A DNA stretch of 27,994 bases from Rhizaria sp. SCN 62-66 (taxonomy: Eukaryota). The stretch lies in the NCBI GenBank assembly GCA_001724265.1, contig MEDY01000075.1, positions 62,001 to 89,994 on the forward strand. The letters are read 5' to 3'. Both the position numbers and the translations under genes were made by a program. How positions within the stretch are numbered: the first letter of the stretch is position 1; each line of letters starts with the position of its first letter. Under the pieces are notes generated by a model that was not told where the DNA came from, made no database searches, and was given only the letters and a program-made list of their open reading frames with translations. This document shows, in pieces, positions 8,829 through 18,835 of the stretch.

Positions 8829-11381
8829 ATGCTCGCCCGCAAGGACGTCATTCAGGAGGGTGACTGGATCATCTTGTACGAGTCGTTCGAGAATGTCCGC
8901 AGTGTCAAAGTCACTCGTGGTGAGCTATATTCGAACCAATTCGGCGCTTACCGCCACAATGACATGATCGGCAAGCCCTATGGCTCCAAGGTACGAACAA
9001 CGCTTCATTCAGCAACCTCCCTTCCACTGTAGCTTCTGTTTTTCCCTTCTCGCTGCTGTGGTAGCGCTCGGCTACCACGTGCGAGGGGTCATCAAAGCAT
9101 GCCCCTAGTCCTGCTCATGACATGTGGCGGTCAAAATGTGCCCTAAAGCCTATGGCAGACACCTTAGTTGCGTGGCTGTCACTCACTCTTCGTTGGCGAT
9201 TATCACAAACTTCAACGTGATGATTGTCAAAAAAGAGTTGGACATTCTCCTTTCTATCTCTTTCTCCTTCTACTCCCATATCTAGTCATATATCTCGCCT
9301 CTAAAACACATTTTACTCACTCTTGCTCTTGCTTTGGCTCTTGCTTTTACTCTCGCTCTTGAACGCACAACACAAGCACAGATTCAGTCGTATGGCAAGC
9401 TCGCTGCCGCGCCACTGACTATGCTGCACCCGACCCCGCAGCTCTGGACTGATGCCCTCAGTCACCGCACGCAGATCCTCTTCCAAGTACGTCTTCACTT
9501 CAAGCACTAACACTCTAAATCATTCGATGTCACAACGATAACGTTCATGGTCGATCGTTCGGAAAGAAAGCCGAAAACGAGCGTTACTCGCTTTTTCTGT
9601 GAATGTTGGAAATGATCGTTTTTAATGCAAAAAAGTCGATATTCTGATCTCTATTGAGGACAAATTGCTCTAAAGTACACCTTAAGCGGTGTGCTGTGAT
9701 CCAACATAACAAAACAAAACAAACTCGAAATTAAGTGCGTATCAACCTAAATAACGTAATCTAACTAAATCTCTCTTCGTTTCTTTGTTTTTGCTTGTTT
9801 CCCAGATGGATATCTCGCTTGTGATGTACCACCTCCAGCTCAAGCCCGGCAGCGTGGTTATCGAGTCTGGCACCGGCTCCGCCTCGCTGACCCACTCCCT
9901 AGCCCGCGCCGTCGCGCCCCATGGCCACGTCCACACGTTCGAGTTCAACTCTGACCGCGTCGCCAAGGCCCAGGTCGACCTCGAGCGCAACGGCTTAACT
10001 TCTGTCGCGACTGTCCGCCACCGTGACGTTTGCGCAAACGGCTTCCCGTTCTTCCCCGACGGCGTCGACGCTGTGTTCCTCGACCTCCCCACGCCATGGT
10101 TGGCCGTGGATGACGCGCACCGCTCGCTGCGGCCGCAGGGTCGCCTCTGCTCCTTTTCACCGTGTATTGAGCAGGTCCAGCGCACCTGTGTGCGCCTCGC
10201 TGAGCTCGACTACGAGGTACGTGTTTAAAGATATTAAAACTTGGTATATATCAACAAAGTGAGCTCAAAGCAACAAAAACAGTATATATTTGTTTGCATG
10301 TCATAGATGTAGGCAAATATGAACTGTTTTTGTTTTGTTCTGTGTTCATGCTTGGGCCTATCGAAGCCGTTTCTACTCCTGCTTATGATCTGGAGCGGTC
10401 AATGTGTGCCCCATAGTAAAAGCTGATGTATTTGCAACAATCTAGACATACGTGTCTAGAGGGCAGATATGGTGGCGACGCCTCTTCGTTGGCGATTGTG
10501 ACAAACTTACACGTTACGATCGTCAAAAAAGAAGCAAACAGTTCTTTTACCATCTCTCTCTGTTTTATCTTGTATAAGATAATTACATTAGATATTTTCT
10601 TCTCTAGTATTATATCTTAAACATTAGCTCATATTTCAACTTTATTTTTTTGTTTCATCGCGATTTATTTCATTTGTAGGAGATTATCACGATCGAGGTT
10701 CTGCAAAAGACGATTGAGGTGCACCGGTCTAGTCTAAGGCCCTTTGACTTCAACGCCTCTCGCCCAGGCATCCACGCTGGCACTAACCCGCACAACGACA
10801 AGAACAAGAAGAACAAGTTTAACAACAAGCGTAACGCCGCCGCCGCCACCGCTGGCGCTTCTCCTTCGACTGATTCGACTGACGCTGCCGACTCTTCTGC
10901 TGTTGCTGCTGCTGCTGTTGCCACTGAGGATGACTCTGCTGCAGCGGTTGATGCCGAGGCGAAGATCGCCAAGACTAGCACCGACGCCGCCGCCGACGCC
11001 ACCGAGTCGGCCGCCGGCGAGGACGTGCAGCTCCCCGCCCCCGCTGCCACCACCGATGCCGCAACCACCGCGACTGAGACGGCGACTGCAGCCTCGACTG
11101 ATGCGGTGGTGGCCAGCGGCAGCTTCTGGTCCCCTTTGACCCCGGTGCCCCAGGCGCTCGTCACTGCGCCGGCGCCGTGGCTGGTCTCAAAGCCGCGGCC
11201 CGTGATGCGTGGCCACACGGGCTACCTCACTTTCGCCCGCAAGGCCTGCACTCCCGCCCCCGTCAAGCCCGCCACTGAGGCTTCCGAGGTCACTGAGTCC
11301 AGCTAGTCCAGTGCCAGCGCCAGTGCTGAGGCTGAGGCTGAGGCTGCTGAGACTGAGGGTGGTGCTCCGATGCAAGAGTAA
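8829..11381 (+). CDS. TRM61: tRNA (adenine-58-N1)-methyltransferase catalytic subunit; exons 8829-8990, 9382-9486, 9806-10216, 10680-11381 (would end at 11306 if TAG were a stop)
   Basis: Motifs IQEGD, FGAYRHNDMIGKPYGSK, LHPTPQLWTDALSHRTQILF, VIESGTGSASLTHSLARAVAPHGHVHTFEF, DAVFLDLPTPW, CSFSPCIEQVQRTC and GHTGYLTFARK. Three phase-0 GTACG...AG introns restore one frame. Confidence 0.95.
9097..9247 (+). ncRNA. Candidate intronic box H/ACA-like snoRNA, copy 1 (TRM61 intron 1)
   Basis: Paralogous to 10366-10543. The 3' stem TGGCGATTATCAC (9194-9206) pairs with GTGATGATTGTCA (9217-9229), there is a lower stem ACTCTT/AAGAGT, and ACA lies at 9242-9244 just before the pyrimidine tract. The H box is degenerate (AAAGCC). 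Confidence 0.6.
9603..9707 (+). ncRNA. Candidate intronic box C/D-like snoRNA (TRM61 intron 2)
   Basis: A perfect 8-bp terminal stem ATGTTGGA/TCCAACAT directly flanks a C-like ATGATCG and a D-like GTGA. Internal D' CTGA is at 9644-9647 and C'-like TTGAGGA at 9654-9660. Confidence 0.55.
10366..10543 (+). ncRNA. Candidate intronic box H/ACA-like snoRNA, copy 2 (TRM61 intron 3)
   Basis: A 5' hairpin is followed 14 nt later by the H box ATAGTA (10413-10418), then a long middle hairpin. The 3' stem TGGCGATTGTGAC (10490-10502) pairs with GTTACGATCGTCA (10513-10525), and ACA lies at 10538-10540. Confidence 0.65.
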
Positions 11382-11786
11382 ACCACAACAAAACGCTTTA
11401 TCATCAGAGCAAGCGAGCTTTGTTTTTGAGCTATGATACTTTAGAAACTTTCTTTACCTAACTAAATGATAATAATATTATATCCGTGTGTTATATAGTC
11501 ATCCCAAAAGAATACACATCCATTCTTTCTTTCAATTCAATTCCATCATGCTCTTTGCTTCTCTTGTCACTCAACTGTAATTTGTCTAACCGGTAAATGA
11601 CATGAAGTATAGATGAGAACAGAACGATGTGTATTTGTTAGTATCTTCGTGGATACACTGACTGATGATATAGCTATATAATAACGCAATTTAGTAGTGC
11701 TTTAATATTCTTCTGTTAACTTCTTTCAGTCAAATAAAGTACTCTTGGACTGAGATATATCACTGCAAGTTCTCTGCATCATCGAC

Positions 11787-14264
11787 TCAGATAAGCGCTT
11801 GCCTTTCGCTCTTGGACCCTTTCTTACCTCCCCTCTTCCTCGTCGTCGCTGCATTCGCCTCAGCAGCAGCAGCGGCGGCGGCGCCGCCAGCAACGATGCT
11901 AATGCTGTGACCATTCCCCTGCGACTGCGACTGAGAGCCACTACTGCTACTGTTGCCGTTGCCGTTGGTATTGTAATTGTAGTTGTCAGCAATCGGGGTA
12001 TCATCAGCAGCGAGCGCAGTGCCGTAGTTACCCATAGGGCCAGTGTAAGTACCCTGATCGCCAATGTAAGTACCTTGCTGTTTGACTTCTTCATCTTGAT
12101 ACCCTAAGCCATTAGCACCACTAGCGTTGTTAGCAAAGCTGGTGTGTGCGTAAAGAGTGCTTGTACCTAAGCCATCCAAACTAGAGCCAGTATTGGTGCT
12201 AATGCTGTTGCTGTTGTTTTTAGCGTTGGCATTGCCGCTATCACTGAGTGCTTGCGCGGCCTCAGCAGCCTCCGCAGCTTCGGCCTCTGCTTCAGCAACT
12301 TCTTCAGCCGCAGCAAGCATAGCTTCCTTGTCTTTGCGTTCTTGCTCCCTTGCGGCAGCCACACGGAAAAGAATGAACCCTGCAAAGACAACAACGAGTC
12401 CAATGGCGTCGAAGTAGTTGAACTCTTCCGTATCCTCACCCATAATCGCCGGAATGCAAAAGATAAGGTTGCTAAACAGCAACGCCATCGCATTCGTCAC
12501 TTGCAGTAAGACGGCTGAGCCGTACTGGATAATCCACAGCCGCAGAATCGAAACGATGAAATTGAGCACGATATACATTAGCAGACCCCAGAGCGGGGCG
12601 GGACCAGCGTCGCACTCTAGCTCAGCAACGCGGCGGCCGATGAGACATTCGAAGCCGAGGCTGAACTGACTGGGCATGTCCTGCAGGGCGACGCCGCCGA
12701 AGACTGGAAGCGCCAGAACGGGCAGCGTGAGGAATCCAAGGATGAATTGGTACAGAGACGTCCAGAACATCCAGTAAAAGATGTTGAGCTTGACCGCCCC
12801 TCGGAACATATACTCGCGGTAGACGTTGGAGAATGACAGCGGAACAATGCCAATCGTGTAGACAATGATTCCCCACGCTTTGTTCTCACGGCCGGCCGTG
12901 CTGCCGCCGTGGAGCGCGGCGGGCACGGCGGCGGTGATTGCGCCGGCGATGATCAGCGCCGCGCCGATGTACTGCGGCAGAATATACAGCGTGCCAAGCA
13001 GCAGCGCGGAGAAGAGCATCGTCAGCGGGAGGTTGAGCTGGGAAAGCAGGGTTTGGACGTGGCCGGCGACGGCAGCGCCCGCCATCGAGGAGCACAGCAC
13101 TGCGACTGTGTCCAGCCCTGACATGAGCCAGAACTTGCGTTTCGGATACGCCTTCATCTCGGGGGTGATGGACTTGAAAACCCAGTATTGCAGGATCACG
13201 GCGAAGGTGTTGCACACGAGCATGAGAAGGACGTAGGCTTGCAGCAGAAAGAACGTGTAGGTCGTGTTTGTGGTTTTACTGTGGAATCGGTTGAGCGTTT
13301 TCTTCCACATAACCCAGTCAAACGCAGAGATCAGGATCGTAAGCACGACAAGCACCATGAGAGAGCCTACATTCGAGTGCCAGAGCGCCGTTTTGACTCT
13401 GTGCATAAACGTCCGCAGGCGCTGCGAAAAGGGCAGTTTGGTGTTTGAGGTTGAGAGATTGAGATCTGGGTCAATGTCGTCATCGGGACAGGAGCTCCGT
13501 GAGTTATAAGCCCCGCTGCTGCTGTCGATGTCGAGAGTGACGTCGTAGGCCGCGTTCGTAACGACGTCGCCTCCGTCACGGCTGACACTGCCCCTCATAG
13601 TGCTGTTGTTGTTCTTGCTGATGCTCTGAGGGTTGGCCGCAGTGTGAAAGTGCGTTGCGAGTGTGAGCGGCGTTGCGCCAGTGACATCGGTGTTGTCGCC
13701 GCTGCCAGTGCTGCTGTCACTGCTGCTGCTGCTCAGATCGCTACCCACAGTCATATCGAGCTTCACACTCTTCGCCGGTGAGTTTGCAGCTGCTTGGTGA
13801 CCGCGACCGCGACTGTTACCGTGGCTGCCGTGGGCTGAGCTGAGAGGAATACTGCCGTCTTCGAGGCCACGGAGGTTCGAGCCGTCGAAGTGGCCGATAG
13901 CGCTCGCGCTGCTGTTGCTATACGCAGCCGCGTCTCTGCTGCCGTACGTGGAGGCGGCAGCGGCGTTCTTTGATCCCTTCTTGTTGCTGCTCGCGTTGGT
14001 GCCAGCAACGGTGCTGTCAGAGCTCAGGATGGGGATTAAGGCCTCTTTCTTGGCGCTGCTCGCGGTGGAGCGGGAGCGTGATGGCGCGGCGCCCGCAGTA
14101 GGCGCAGTGGCAGACGCTGTGGTTGCAGCGGTGGCGTTGGCGGCCGAGTTGGCGGCGTTGCTAGTGCGCGTTGGGGAGGGAGAAGGGGAGGCAGAAGGGG
14201 CGAATATGCCAGATTCGTTGCCGGAGTCACCCGGGACACGCGGGGTGGAAACGCGCGGCGGCAT
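11787..14264 (-). CDS. CRT-like (chloroquine-resistance-transporter-like, DMT superfamily) membrane transporter, ~825 aa, single coding exon
   Basis: About 10 hydrophobic segments with family-typical YTFFLLQ, ITPEMKAYPKRKFWLMSGLD, GHVQTLLSQLNLPLTMLFS..LLGTLY..PQYIGA, FSNVYREYMF, WTSLYQF, GFECLIG...C and IIQYGSA. The first in-frame ATG is at 14264 (MPPRVSTP). Ends in TGA. Confidence 0.85.
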   Translation of the reverse strand: MPPRVSTPRVPGDSGNESGIFAPSASPSPSPTRTSNAANSAANATAATTASATAPTAGAAPSRSRSTASSAKKEALIPILSSDSTVAGTNASSNKKGSKNAAAASTYGSRDAAAYSNSSASAIGHFDGSNLRGLEDGSIPLSSAHGSHGNSRGRGHQAAANSPAKSVKLDMTVGSDLSSSSSDSSTGSGDNTDVTGATPLTLATHFHTAANPQSISKNNNSTMRGSVSRDGGDVVTNAAYDVTLDIDSSSGAYNSRSSCPDDDIDPDLNLSTSNTKLPFSQRLRTFMHRVKTALWHSNVGSLMVLVVLTILISAFDWVMWKKTLNRFHSKTTNTTYTFFLLQAYVLLMLVCNTFAVILQYWVFKSITPEMKAYPKRKFWLMSGLDTVAVLCSSMAGAAVAGHVQTLLSQLNLPLTMLFSALLLGTLYILPQYIGAALIIAGAITAAVPAALHGGSTAGRENKAWGIIVYTIGIVPLSFSNVYREYMFRGAVKLNIFYWMFWTSLYQFILGFLTLPVLALPVFGGVALQDMPSQFSLGFECLIGRRVAELECDAGPAPLWGLLMYIVLNFIVSILRLWIIQYGSAVLLQVTNAMALLFSNLIFCIPAIMGEDTEEFNYFDAIGLVVVFAGFILFRVAAAREQERKDKEAMLAAAEEVAEAEAEAAEAAEAAQALSDSGNANAKNNSNSISTNTGSSLDGLGTSTLYAHTSFANNASGANGLGYQDEEVKQQGTYIGDQGTYTGPMGNYGTALAADDTPIADNYNYNTNGNGNSSSSGSQSQSQGNGHSISIVAGGAAAAAAAEANAATTRKRGGKKGSKSERQALI

Positions 14265-14598
14265 CGGGGGCTGCAGGCAGGCGCAACTGCGCGCAGAGAG
14301 TCGGGAGAGGGCGCGGGGAGTGAAGAAGGGGGAGCGGGGCAAGCAGCGACGTCGGCTGCGACGACAGTTCGCTCGGGATGTGCGGGAAAGACTATAACAA
14401 ATGCACAGAAAATTTAATAACAGATTATAGTTGCAGAAGGTGAGTTCTATCTTTGAACATGACTAGCATGCGTATTGACGACGGGTTGGCCGAGAAATAC
14501 CTAATTTTGAAATTGCCTTCTCCTGACGACGCGTGTGCCACCACCCCGTCCAAGGTCTCGTAATTCCGATCGGTCTTCGATTTCGCGCGTGTATATCG

Positions 14599-14647
14599 CC
14601 CCAAATCGCCACAGAGTCAGAGTAGGTTTCACTCATTGATATAAAAG
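14599..14647 (+). promoter_or_regulatory. Candidate snRNA-type promoter (USE-like element plus TATA box)
   Basis: CCCCAAATCG (14599-14608), which resembles the plant USE RTCCCACATCG, lies 31 nt before TATAAAAG (14640-14647). Confidence 0.3.
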
Positions 14648-14667
14648 CATGCGTTGAGTATTATAGT

Positions 14668-14885
14668 AAAACGTGACTTTCTTACAACGTGATGGGATTG
14701 ATGTATACGTTTGAGCTTGACGAGGTCACGTCAACCTGAGGATCTCTCTTTGGCTATCGATCCTTTCGCTGGCGGTTTTAACACGAGATTAGAACGTTCT
14801 ACGGGGCGCTGCTGGGTTTAGACTTATGGGGTGCCTCATTAATTGGCTATTTTATCTCGGCTTGTCTGTTTGTACTGCTGCCAGC
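14668..14885 (+). ncRNA. Unidentified structured RNA candidate (3' end uncertain)
   Basis: Three successive stem-loops begin ~25 nt after the TATA box, the third with four nested helices. G-U pairs favour the + strand. No known family recognised. Confidence 0.3.
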
Positions 14886-15789
14886 TCTGTGGAGTGAGTC
14901 AAGAGCTGTTGTTTGTAACGGCTTTGAATTTACTTGGCCCTCGGATGCTATCATGCTCACATGTCGGCGCGAATTTCACCGAGAGCGCGGGGACATTGGG
15001 ATAATGCGTGTAACTATTTTTAGTTGAAGCTGTGTTTCTTGTGGTGTTGTTCGTGGCGCTGTTGAAACGGTCATACGCAAACTTGCTCAACGTCGTTAAA
15101 CCTCCGCTAAGCTCACACTCAGTCTGCCATATGCATGCTGTGAACAGATGCAACTCACGATCACGCCGCGGTATACTTGACTATATGTGTTTTATTGCTA
15201 GGTCACGTTGTTTTGTCGTAACTTGCGCTTACATTGTCGTTCTGCTGCCTTATTTAGTAACTGTAGTTGCTCACTTAAGAAGAGAGTGGCGAGATTTTCA
15301 CGCGCATAGACAAGGTGTATCTTTATATTTTCAAAAGTGGTGATGACAGATTATGAACACGGAATAAATAAACATTACACCTGTCGGTTGTGCGTATCCG
15401 CTTCAATTTTGTGTCAGTAGACGGCGAGATACAAGATCTTGGACAAATCTTGCAATCGTGCGCTCGCTCTCGAGTCAGTCGAACGCCACCAAGAGGATGA
15501 CGCGTTCATGTTGTTAACATCGTCGTTTAGATGTATAATTACGCGTTATGCTAGAAAATATGCTTGCACATTTCGATTTATTATCCGCACTACTGATGAC
15601 GGACGCTGTGATGCGTATATCTAATCCTCAACTCCATGCATTGTGACTGACACTTTGCCGCCTCTCCTTCGCTCCCAACTTGCTTTTCTCCCACCAGATC
15701 GACCTCAATCCACACATAGCTTGGCACCACATACCAAAAAACTTGTTTATTTCCTGTCAACGTTGATTCCGCGCTTGCAACGGCTCTCC

Positions 15790-18700
15790 ATGAGCGCATC
15801 AGGCGGCTCTACGCCCCCCACCCCACCTCTGCACGCGACTTCCACACCGCAACAACAGCTGCAGCAGCAGCAACAGCAGAGGCAGCCCCCGCATCACCCC
15901 TTACTCTCCCACTCCTGTCCCACTGCCCCGGCCCCCGCCAGCGTTGCTGTTCTTCCCCCAGCTCTCGCTCTTGCGCTGCTCTCGACGGTGACCGCTGAGC
16001 CAGTACTCGCCGCCGCCGCCGCCGCCACGCTGCCGCGCTCAGCCTCCGCTTACCCCGCCCGTGGCCACGCTGCGAGTGCGAGCGCGACCAACGCCAACGC
16101 GAGTGCTGGCGCTGCGTGCGGGTTTGATTGGTGTGACGTGCCGAGGCCAGATCAAGTTGCGCTGTATATTGGCGCTGCGATAATCAAGGTGACCGTACCC
16201 TCCTGGCCTCCTCAGTCTCAGCCTCAGACCGCGAGCGCGAGTGCGGGTGCGAAAAGTAACGCCGTCGCCAACTCTAATAGCAACAGCAAAGCGACTGTGG
16301 CCAGCGACAAAGTGACTGTGAGCGCAGTACCAGTGAACACGTGGACGGGAGCTGTGTCGGGTTTACTGCAGCAGTTGACTTAGCTCACAGCCACGAAAAC
16401 AAAGCCGCCTTTGCAGTCACGGTCACAGGTGCCCGTACACCCGGGTGACGGTGAGCAGCAGCAGCGCGAGTGGGGGCTAAGCCTTGCGCATACGCTGCCG
16501 GCTCTCGCGGTCTCACTGCGGCAGCTCTCAGCTGCAGTCGACAACAACAACAACATTAACAACAACAGCAACAACAACAACAACAACAATAACAACAAGA
16601 GCGCTTATAGCAGCAGCAGCAACAGCAATAACAACAATTTTGCGACTGCCACCGCGCCTGCCACCGCGACTGCGGCTGCCACCGCGGCTGCCACCGCAAC
16701 GGAAGCGACCGTGTTTCTCTCACTTCGTCCGCTGAGCAGTGATGCCGCACACACGAGCAGCTCGGTCGCTCCCGACAACGGTAACTCAAGCTCATGTGTT
16801 ACCGGCCGTTGCACTTGCTGTACTCGCCTGTACATCAAAACAACACCGGCGAAAGCAACTGCGCCAGCGACTATGGCAGCGACGACGGCGTGTGAGATTG
16901 GTTTCTCGAACGATGCAGATTCTGCGGTTGCGCTCTGTATTCGCATTCCGCAGCAAACGCTGACTTACGCACAGTCACTTGTTGGCGCCGCGAGTGTAAG
17001 CGACCACAGCGACAACGCTCTCTGCTCACAGTCACCCGGCGGCGGCTCACAGTCACTTGCTTGCTCACAGGCACTTGTTGCGTGGCCGTCACAGCTCTCT
17101 CTCTCTGCAGATGTTGCCCGCTGTGTCGCGGCACACTGGGGGGTGCTCACAGTCACTCAACAAGCGCCCACGGTCACTCAGTCATCAGAAACCACGGTTA
17201 CTCAGTCAGCAGAATCGACAGTCGCAGCGAGGCAAGCGCGCCGCACGTCAGATCCCAAGTCCAAGACAGATGAGGCTGCGATTGAACTGGAGGTAACAGC
17301 ATCTGCGTTCCGCTTTAGCAGTACAATTGCTAGCGCTAACAACAAGTGTGGACTTCATGCGGACGATTTATTTCCATCATTATTGTCATCACCGTCATTG
17401 TGTCTCCCGCTACACTCGCTGATCGCTCCTCCGCTGTGTTTAAGTGCTCCCGCGCGCAGTCTAAGTGCTCCGCCTCCGTTCATCGACCCGCCGCAGATCG
17501 AGGGGCGGCTCACCTTCCTGAGGCGGCTTGCATTATTGCCCTCGCGTGCACGTGTTCTGTCAGCCGATGGCAGTCTTGCGTCAGTGCTAGAAGCTGTATT
17601 AGGCGCATACTTAGCGCAAAAAGTCCGCAAAACAGCATTCCACGTCGCCAATAGTAATAACAAAAACAACATCATTACTAAGGGTGTTCACGCAAATGCG
17701 CGAAGTAACGCTCTTGTTACCACTGGCTCTGCCGCTGCCGCTGCCACTGCTGCTTCCGTTGCTGCTGTTTCTGTTCCAGTTCTTGGGTGGCAAAAAGCGA
17801 CTGCGTTGTCAGTCCAGAAGCGGCTTAACTTTCTGGGACTGTGGGCAGCAGTGGTTGAGGCTGCGAGTGGCGTCCTGCTTTCGTTTGATTTCGACCAAAC
17901 TATCACTAAAATCGACATTATTCACTCAAACAACAGCATCATCATCAACAACAGCAACAGCAACAACAACAGCAACAGCAACAGCAACAACGGTAACAGC
18001 AACAGCAACAGCAAGACCGCGATTGCGATTCCGACTCACGCAAAGCAGCAGCAGTTGACTCGCTTACGCGGTGGCCGCTGCTCCCGCCTGGCGCTGTCTC
18101 TGCTCTCGCTAGCCGGAGCACGTCTGAGTATCGTCACAGCACAGCCTCCGTCGGCGACCGTGATGCTCGCTTTGAGGCGTGAATTGGCCGGTTTGGGGCT
18201 GGCTGAGCTGTTTGGCGTGGCGGCATTGGGCGATGAAGTACTGCGCATCTCGCACTTCAAGGACTCAAAGCAGTCCGCGGCCGAGGCCGACGGTGGTGAT
18301 GATCACAAAGAGCAGGGCGAGGCGAAGGGCGGCACAACTGATGTCCTTGTGAACGATGCCGATGATGGCGATGATCACGACGATTTTGATCTCACGGTCA
18401 CATCCGCCGTCAAGGGCACAGTCTCAGCCACAAAAATCAGCAATAACTGCAACACTATCAACAACAACGCGAGGTGCAACGAGGCTGATGCTAATTTGTG
18501 TAATACTGCGAACAATAATACGTTTATTGCTGATTCTGACTCTGAGTGTGACTGTGAGCACAAGCACTTAGATTCCGGAGACTACTTACACTCCACCCCC
18601 TTAGTGCGTCTCCTCACTGAACTCAGGTCCTGGTCTTGCCACAATGCTCTCAGTGCGCACACCAATGCAAGTACCTCTGGTCTCAGTACCTCTGGTGGCA

Positions 18701-18800
18701 CTTATATGCCCGCGCTGTCACTGCACAGGCAAATGACGCGCGCACTCATCCTACTCACAACTCTCGGCGGCGGCGGCGGCCCCGGCTCAGCCTCGCAAAG

Positions 18801-18835
<35 letters not shown>

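Noticed and set aside
1529-11381. Two RNA methyltransferase genes within 10 kb as a functional cluster
   Set aside because: They are on opposite strands, separated by an unrelated gene, with no shared regulatory signal; likely coincidence.
14810-14825. CTAAACCC on the minus strand as a telomerase template
   Set aside because: It is barely more than one repeat unit, lies in a hairpin, and is on the strand opposite to that favoured by the TATA box and G-U pairs.
14899-15640. Short ORFs 14899-15153-, 15032-15343+ and 15439-15624+ as genes
   Set aside because: They are AT-richer than true exons, mostly have non-ATG starts and show no recognisable motifs; more likely promoter, UTR or intron sequence.
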